Shown here: positions 58,900 to 64,000 of the stretch, one piece after another
Layout: each line of letters opens with the position of its first letter
How positions within the stretch are numbered: the first letter of the stretch is position 1
Origin: an uncultured Caulobacter sp.
GTDB lineage: Bacteria; Pseudomonadota; Alphaproteobacteria; Caulobacterales; Caulobacteraceae
Assembly: GCA_964601775.1 (NCBI GenBank)
Contig: CAZRPD010000004.1
Location: forward strand, 2,687 to 66,686
DNA length: 64,000 nucleotides
Direction: 5' to 3'
The notes under the pieces: generated by a model
Databases searched by the model: none
What the model saw: only the letters and a program-made list of their open reading frames with translations
What the model was told of the DNA's origin: nothing
Made by a program: the position numbers and the translations under genes

Positions 58900-59460
58900 G
58901 TAAGCGCCAAAGTATTTCGTAGGTGTCACGAAACCCAGGCGCTTCGGACTTATCCTCGCGGCGTTGAACTGTTCATCCGACCGGGCGATTCTACCTCCGT
59001 CCGTGGGAGCAAAACTGCGGGCAATTTTGCCAAGCTTGAGCGATACACGATCTATTAAAGGTAAGTTGTTAGGCTTGAGCCACTGGTGGCTTGTAGCTCA
59101 GGGGCAGAGCGCACCCTCGATAAGGGTGAGGTCGCAGGTTCAAATCCTCGCCGGGCCAACCAGCGTAATTTGGCACTTGAAGCGGCCGTGCCGCTCTCGC
59201 GTTGCTGCGCCGCTTTGCTGAGGATACCAGAACGAGTGTTGCATCCCGTTAAGCGCTATCAAGCGCGTTAGAAGCATCGAGAAGTTTGGTTGCATCCTTA
59301 GCGTTGCTGCAGCGGTGAACTCTGTAGGGTGGGCCGCATGCACCAGCCGACGATCTTGCGGGAGAAGAGATCGAGCACCGTGGCGAGGTGCAGCCAGCCC
59401 TCGCCGGCGGGATGTAGGTGAGGTCGGCCAGGGTGTCCACCAAGCCGAGGGAGGATCCAC
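58900..59460 (-). pseudogene. IS3-family transposase (OrfB) remnant, broken by frameshifts and stops
   Basis: Minus-strand pieces were read by eye. ADLTYIP, then after a frameshift [22 protein letters not shown], lies at about 59425-59337. DATKLLDASNALDSA lies at about 59300-59255. NNLPLIDRVSLKLGK...RSDEQFNAARISPKRLGFVTPTKYF lies at about 59070-58909. These fit the IS3 DDE core and the C-terminal YN..R....LG..(S/T)P motif. Confidence 0.55.
59087..59162 (+). tRNA. tRNA-like sequence with an Ile(GAU)-type anticodon arm, probably a pseudo-tRNA
   Basis: It folds by hand as follows: acceptor TGGCTTG/CGGGCCA (two G-U pairs), D arm GCTC-AGGGGCA-GAGC, anticodon arm CACCC-TCGATAA-GGGTG, variable AGGTC, T arm GCAGG-TTCAAAT-CCT(C)GC, then A and an encoded CCA. 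Deviations are C at position 33, a bulged C in the T stem, and U1-A72. Confidence 0.5.
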
Positions 59461-59577
59461 TGCTTTCTCCCGCCAACGTTAGGAGAAGTGCGCCAAAGCG
59501 CCCTCGGGCGCGCTGGACAAGAAACGGGAAAGCCAGTGTAGCGTCGGAGCCCGACGCCAGCGGATCATCTCTCTGGC

Positions 59578-61068
59578 CTAAGATTTGCGTCGGCGAAGCG
59601 TGCCACCAGATTCCGCAGTCCTGGCCTTCGCCCGTGGGGTTCGTGCCGCCCTGACGCTGTCGGCTTCGTCCTTGCCGCCGACTGCAGGGTCCCAGCCGCC
59701 CATACCCTGCAGCACGAGGTTGGCGTTTTTGACCGTGTTCACATGGCCATAGTGCTCCTCGATCATTTTGACCGAGGTTCCCATCTGCTCGGCCAGAAAA
59801 TAAACGTCCACGCCTTCGGCCAGCCGGAAGGTCGCGTATGTGTGACGGAAGCAGTATGTGGAGCGAGGGACGCCGGAGGCGCCCTCCCGCAGCTTGGCCT
59901 TGATGAGAAGATCTTCAATCATCGCCTGATAGAGCGACTTGGCCGGTTCGCCGGTGATGGTGGTGAACACCCGGTCCTCGGACCGGCACTCGACCTCCGG
60001 AGCATCTCTGCCTTCGGCTTCCGCCGCTTGGCGCCGATATTCGCGCGTGGCTTCGCGGATGCGCTCGAAATAGTCGCCAACGCTTTTGGGAGCGACCAAC
60101 TTGCGTGACTTCCCCTTGCCTTGGACGAACAGGATGACTAACTCGCGGCCCTCACGATCCTTGCCCGCCGTGATGTCGCGCCAGCGTAGGTTCTTGGCCT
60201 CGGACGGGCGCATACCCGTATTGCACATGATCAGGATGAAGTTGTAAGCGATCGTCCGATACCATGTGCTGGACGGCCGAATCGCCTGCTTGACCCATGA
60301 CCGAGCGACCGTGTGGAGCTGGCGGTACTCCTCCAGAGTGAACTCGTCTCGCCGCATTGTCTTGAGCTTAGGGCGATCCTCGAACCGCTGGCTGGCCGGG
60401 ACGTAGCGCTTCTTGATCGCGTAGTTCATCACCGCCCCGAAGATCGACATCTCGAAGCGAATGGTGCTGTCGCTGATGAAGGCCACAGTGCGGGCTTCGG
60501 CCGGAGCGGGAGTTACAGGCCGGAGCTTCGTAAAGCCACGCGCCGCCATCGCCCTAGCGCGACCGGCGGCATCGCGGGCGTCCAGTTCGGCCGCCTTCTC
60601 GGCGGGGATTTCGCGCACGCCGTTGCGCGTGTTACGGCCGGCGCCGTTCTCGCGTCGCCATGCCGGATAGCTCGCCCACAGCTCGTCGCCAACGCGATGC
60701 ACTTGCACTGAGCCGACGTAATCCTCCAGGGCGCCCTCGATCACGGCTTTGAGCTTCTTCGGTCGTTCCTTGCTGATCTCGCCGCGCTTGGCGCGCGCCT
60801 CCTGGGTGGCGAGGTATTCCTTCGCCACGGCTCGGAACGGATGGTTAAAGACCGGAATGTCATGCTTAAGCATGGCCCGAACTTCGACCTCCTGCTCATT
60901 GGCGAGGTGGCGAGCCACGCCGATGTCGGCGGTCTTGAGGGAGACCGTCTTGTACCGGTCGGCTTTGGGGAGCTTGACGCGGCAGTACCAATTGCGATGG
61001 TCCACGTCGGCCCGGCGGAAGATGATGAGGCCGGGTTTGATCTCTTCTTTGTCGGTTACGAACGCCAT
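59578..61068 (-). CDS. Tyrosine-type site-specific recombinase (island integrase)
   Basis: 496 aa. The catalytic region contains NTGMRPSEAKNLRW, CFRHTYATFRL and EEHYGHV. It is the last island gene before recN. Confidence 0.88.
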   Translation of the reverse strand: MAFVTDKEEIKPGLIIFRRADVDHRNWYCRVKLPKADRYKTVSLKTADIGVARHLANEQEVEVRAMLKHDIPVFNHPFRAVAKEYLATQEARAKRGEISKERPKKLKAVIEGALEDYVGSVQVHRVGDELWASYPAWRRENGAGRNTRNGVREIPAEKAAELDARDAAGRARAMAARGFTKLRPVTPAPAEARTVAFISDSTIRFEMSIFGAVMNYAIKKRYVPASQRFEDRPKLKTMRRDEFTLEEYRQLHTVARSWVKQAIRPSSTWYRTIAYNFILIMCNTGMRPSEAKNLRWRDITAGKDREGRELVILFVQGKGKSRKLVAPKSVGDYFERIREATREYRRQAAEAEGRDAPEVECRSEDRVFTTITGEPAKSLYQAMIEDLLIKAKLREGASGVPRSTYCFRHTYATFRLAEGVDVYFLAEQMGTSVKMIEEHYGHVNTVKNANLVLQGMGGWDPAVGGKDEADSVRAARTPRAKARTAESGGTLRRRKS

Positions 61069-61233
61069 GGGATACCCTCACTCTGTGCAGGTTCCGTGCA
61101 TATCGCGGCGCTAAATCATTGATTTGCTGTGCTGTGCATGGATTGTGTGGGAGGCATTCTAGCAAAAATGACTGTGAAAAACAACGAATTAAAGAATATC
61201 TATCATCCCTGCGAAAGCGGAGACCCAAGCAGC

Positions 61234-62937
61234 CTAGGCCATCAACGCCCGCGCCGCGGCCCTTGCCGCCTCGGTGACCTCGGCCCCCGACAGCATACGG
61301 GCGATCTCTTCTTCGCGCTCGGCAGGTGACAGCGGCTCGACCCGCGTGCGGATCGCCGCATCGTCGCCGGACTTGGCGATGCGCCAGTGGGCGTCGCCCC
61401 GCGCCGCGACCTGGGCCGAGTGGGTCACCACCAGCACCTGAGCGTTGGCGGCCAGGCGCTTCAGGCGCAGGCCCACCGCGTCGGCCACCGCGCCGCCGAC
61501 GCCTTGGTCGACTTCATCGAAGATCATCAACGGCTGCGGACCGCCGCCACGGGCAGCTAGGGCGGCCTTCAGCGCCAGGGCGAAGCGCGCCAGTTCGCCG
61601 CCCGAGGCGATGGCCTCCATCGGGCCGAACGGCGCGCCAGGGTTGGTGGCGATCTCGAAGGCGATGCGGTCGAGGCCCGTCGGACCCGCGCGGTCCTCGG
61701 CCACAGGCTCGACGGCGACGCGGAACTTGGCCTTCTCCAGCTTCAGCGGCGCCAGTTCGCTCTCGACGGCCACGGCCAGGGCGTCGCCGGCGGCGCGGCG
61801 TTCGGCCGACAGGGCTTCGGCGGCGTAGAGATAGGCCTCGCGCGCCTCGGCGGCCTCTTCGTCGGCGGCCTTCAGGGCCTCCTCGGAGGTCTCGATCGCC
61901 TGCAGGCTCGCGGCGAACTCGGCGCGCTTGGCCGGCAGGTCTTCGACCAGGACGTTCAGCTTGCGAGCCATGCCGCGCAGGGCGAACAGGCGCTCCTCAG
62001 CCTTTTCCAACCGGTCGGGCTCGAACTCGAACGACTCGGCGACCGCGTCGATGGCGGCGCTAGCCTCCTGGGCCTCGACCAAGGCGCGGTCGACGGCGTC
62101 GCAGGCGGCCTGCAGGCGGACCATGGCCGCGCCGTCGGCGGGCGCGCCAGCCTGCACCGCGCGATCGCGCGCCCGCTCCAGGGCGCGATAGGCCTGAGCC
62201 AGCTTGCCGGAAATCTCGCCGCCCAGCGCGTCCTGGGCCGAAGCGACGTCGGTGATGACCTTTTCGGCCGCGCTGAGCAGCGCCCGCTCCTCGGCCAGGG
62301 CCTCTTCCTCGCCCTCGCGGGGGTCGAGGCGGTCCAGCTCCGACAGGCGAAGCGTCAGTTCCTCGGTTTCGGCGGCGGCCCGGCCGGCCAGGTCCCGCAA
62401 TTCGTCGGCCTTGCCGCGCGCGGCCCGCCACGCGCTCCAGCCCGAGGCGACAGCCCCGACGCTGACGCCGCCGAACGTATCCAGCAGGTGGCGGTGGGTC
62501 TTGGGGTCCAGCAGGCCAACGGTCTCGTGCTGACCATGGACCTCCAGCAGCAGCGCGCCGAGGTCCTTCAGCACGCCGACGCTGGTGGCCTGGTCGTTAA
62601 CGAAGGCGCGCGAACGGCCGTCGGGCGACAGCTGGCGACGCAGGACCAGGTCCTCGTCGCGGGCGTAGGTCAGGCCCTTCTCGTCCAGATAGGCAAAGGC
62701 GGGGTGGTCGGCCGGCAGGGCGAACATCGCCGTGGCCGAGGCGTGGCCAGCCGCCCCGCGACGAACCAAGCCGGCGTCGGCGCGCGCGCCGGTCGCCAGG
62801 CCCAAGGCGTCGAGAATGATCGACTTGCCGGCCCCGGTTTCGCCGGTGAGCGCGGTCAGGCCCTCGCCGATGGCCAGGTCCAGGCTCTCGATGAGCACGA
62901 CGTCACGGATGGATAGGCCGATCAGCATGGTTCGCAA
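61234..62937 (-). CDS. recN: DNA repair protein RecN
   Basis: 567 aa. Reads LTALTGETGAGKSIILDALGL, followed by long coiled coils, a C-terminal SGGELARFALALK and MIFDEVDQGVGG. Confidence 0.92.
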   Translation of the reverse strand: MRTMLIGLSIRDVVLIESLDLAIGEGLTALTGETGAGKSIILDALGLATGARADAGLVRRGAAGHASATAMFALPADHPAFAYLDEKGLTYARDEDLVLRRQLSPDGRSRAFVNDQATSVGVLKDLGALLLEVHGQHETVGLLDPKTHRHLLDTFGGVSVGAVASGWSAWRAARGKADELRDLAGRAAAETEELTLRLSELDRLDPREGEEEALAEERALLSAAEKVITDVASAQDALGGEISGKLAQAYRALERARDRAVQAGAPADGAAMVRLQAACDAVDRALVEAQEASAAIDAVAESFEFEPDRLEKAEERLFALRGMARKLNVLVEDLPAKRAEFAASLQAIETSEEALKAADEEAAEAREAYLYAAEALSAERRAAGDALAVAVESELAPLKLEKAKFRVAVEPVAEDRAGPTGLDRIAFEIATNPGAPFGPMEAIASGGELARFALALKAALAARGGGPQPLMIFDEVDQGVGGAVADAVGLRLKRLAANAQVLVVTHSAQVAARGDAHWRIAKSGDDAAIRTRVEPLSPAEREEEIARMLSGAEVTEAARAAARALMA

Positions 62938-62974
62938 GATCGCCGGGAATCAAAGTTTTTCAAAGAGGCTTTGA

Positions 62975-62989
62975 GAACGGAGCGAGTAC
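62975..62989. promoter_or_regulatory. Candidate alphaproteobacterial LexA (SOS) box upstream of recN
   Basis: GAACGGAGCGAGTAC reads GTAC-N7-GTTC on the recN strand. That is one mismatch from the GTTC-N7-GTTC direct-repeat consensus. It lies about 40-50 nt upstream of the recN ATG. Confidence 0.4.
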
Positions 62990-63011
62990 AAAACGCGCTC
63001 CGCTGTCAAAA

Positions 63012-63929
63012 CTACATGCCCAGAACGCCCATCAGGCCCTTCTTGGCCTTGCGTTCGCCGGGGGGCGCCAGGGTGGCGTCCTTGTCCTTGGTCAGCACGC
63101 GCTCCAGCACGTTGCGCTTGGTGCCAGCCTTCAGCGGCTCGACGGCGGGACGCAGGCCGGTGTCGTTGAGCAGCTTGTAGGCGTCGACATACCAGCGGTC
63201 GCCCGGGAAGTTGTAGCCCAGCACCGCGCCGTTGCGCTTGGCCTCGTCCAGCAGGCCCAGCGTCATGTAGGCCTCGACCAGGCGATACAGGGCTTCAGGC
63301 GTGTGCGAGGTGGTCTGGTGACGGTCCAGAACGGCCTTGAACCGGCCGATCGAGGCCAGGGTGTTGCCGTTCTTCAGGTACCAGCGGCCGATGGCCATTT
63401 CCTTGCCGGCCAGCTGGTCGTTGACCATGTCGATCTTCAGGCGGGCGTCGGTGGCGTATTCGGTGTTCGGATAGCGCTGGACGACGTCGCGCAGGGCCGC
63501 CAGGGCCTGCTCGGTGGCGGCCTGGTCGCGGTTCACATCGACGATCTGCTCGAAATAGCAGATGGACTTCAGATAGTAGGCGTACTGGGCCGACGGGTTG
63601 CCCGGGTACAGCGAGATGAAGCGGTCGGCGTCGCCGATGGCCTCGTTGTACTGGTTGCCCTGATAGTGGGCGTAGCCGGTCATCAGGATCGAGCGACGCG
63701 ACCATTCCGAATAGGGGTGCTGGCGCTCGACTTCGCGGAAATAGTCGACGGCCTCGTTCCAGTTGCCGCGGTCCAGGCGATCGGCGCCGGTGGAGTACAG
63801 CAGCTCGACGGGGCGCTCTTCGTAGGCGAGGGACGGCTTCTTGGACTTGCCGGCGCAGCCGGCCACCGACACGGCGGCGACCATGACGGCGATGGTGACG
63901 GCCGAACGTCCCGAGAATTTACGAAGCAC
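63012..63929 (-). CDS. bamD: Outer-membrane protein assembly factor BamD
   Basis: 305 aa with a GTG start. The lipobox is VAGC. The TPR-like body reads RGNWNEAVDYFREVERQHPYSEWS...YYLKSICYF...RYPNTEYATDARLKI. Confidence 0.88.
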   Translation of the reverse strand: MLRKFSGRSAVTIAVMVAAVSVAGCAGKSKKPSLAYEERPVELLYSTGADRLDRGNWNEAVDYFREVERQHPYSEWSRRSILMTGYAHYQGNQYNEAIGDADRFISLYPGNPSAQYAYYLKSICYFEQIVDVNRDQAATEQALAALRDVVQRYPNTEYATDARLKIDMVNDQLAGKEMAIGRWYLKNGNTLASIGRFKAVLDRHQTTSHTPEALYRLVEAYMTLGLLDEAKRNGAVLGYNFPGDRWYVDAYKLLNDTGLRPAVEPLKAGTKRNVLERVLTKDKDATLAPPGERKAKKGLMGVLGM

Positions 63930-64000
63930 CGAGTCTCACCTTCGAAGCAAACGCGCGCCCCTGCGCCGTGGAAGGCTTCTACACCACGCCGTCGAAGGCG

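Larger units (their letters stand above)
20791..61233. mobile_element. Roughly 40 kb genomic island, an integrative mobilizable element or decayed ICE. Boundaries are approximate.
   Basis: Gene content switches from housekeeping genes to relaxase, T4CP, ParB, integrase, an IS remnant and accessory cargo. AT-rich patches occur at both edges and internally. A tyrosine integrase occupies the right edge. Core genes flank both sides (acyltransferase/ligA on the left, recN/bamD on the right). Confidence 0.65.

Overview
The sequence is a high-GC alphaproteobacterial chromosome that looks Caulobacter-like, judged from composition, gene content and the intergenic palindromic repeats. Two core blocks flank a roughly 40 kb acquired island. 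The left core block (1-20.8 kb) carries leuA with a candidate Leu leader peptide, a TVP38/DedA-like protein, two tandem orphan ParA-like ATPases, an FMN reductase, aspartate aminotransferase, two GSTs, a PmoA/DUF6807-like protein, a DUF4169-RHH pair, uvrD, prmA, aminopeptidase P, a DUF2147 protein, a ligA-exonuclease operon and an acyltransferase. The right core block (61.2-64 kb) carries recN and bamD. The island (about 20.8-61.2 kb) has a Ti/RSF1010-type DNA-processing module: a MOBQ relaxase TraA, a recognisable oriT, a MobC-like protein and a TraG/VirD4 coupling protein. It has no mating-pore genes, so it looks like an integrative mobilizable element or a decayed ICE. It also holds a truncated ParB, a divergent XRE pair, a tyrosine integrase at the right edge, and an IS3 transposase remnant with an embedded degenerate tRNA-like sequence. 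The cargo is mostly metal and envelope functions: an SPC-motif P1B ATPase, a TrxR-like protein, DsbB, DsbA, two domain-minimal CDF transporters, a CusF-like protein, TerC, MgtC, an ETHE1-like MBL hydrolase, an OMP and a two-component system. Unusual passengers are an alternative oxidase, an orphan Anbu proteasome-like protease, an orphan FlgC, pta-ackA and glutaminase. The least explained signal is a set of four exported Gly/Tyr(/His)-rich low-complexity proteins. Two of them sit beside paralogous Zn-ribbon proteins with Gly/His tails, and one is translationally coupled to the CusF-like gene. No CRISPR arrays or rRNA genes were seen. All calls come from reading translations by eye; no database search was run.
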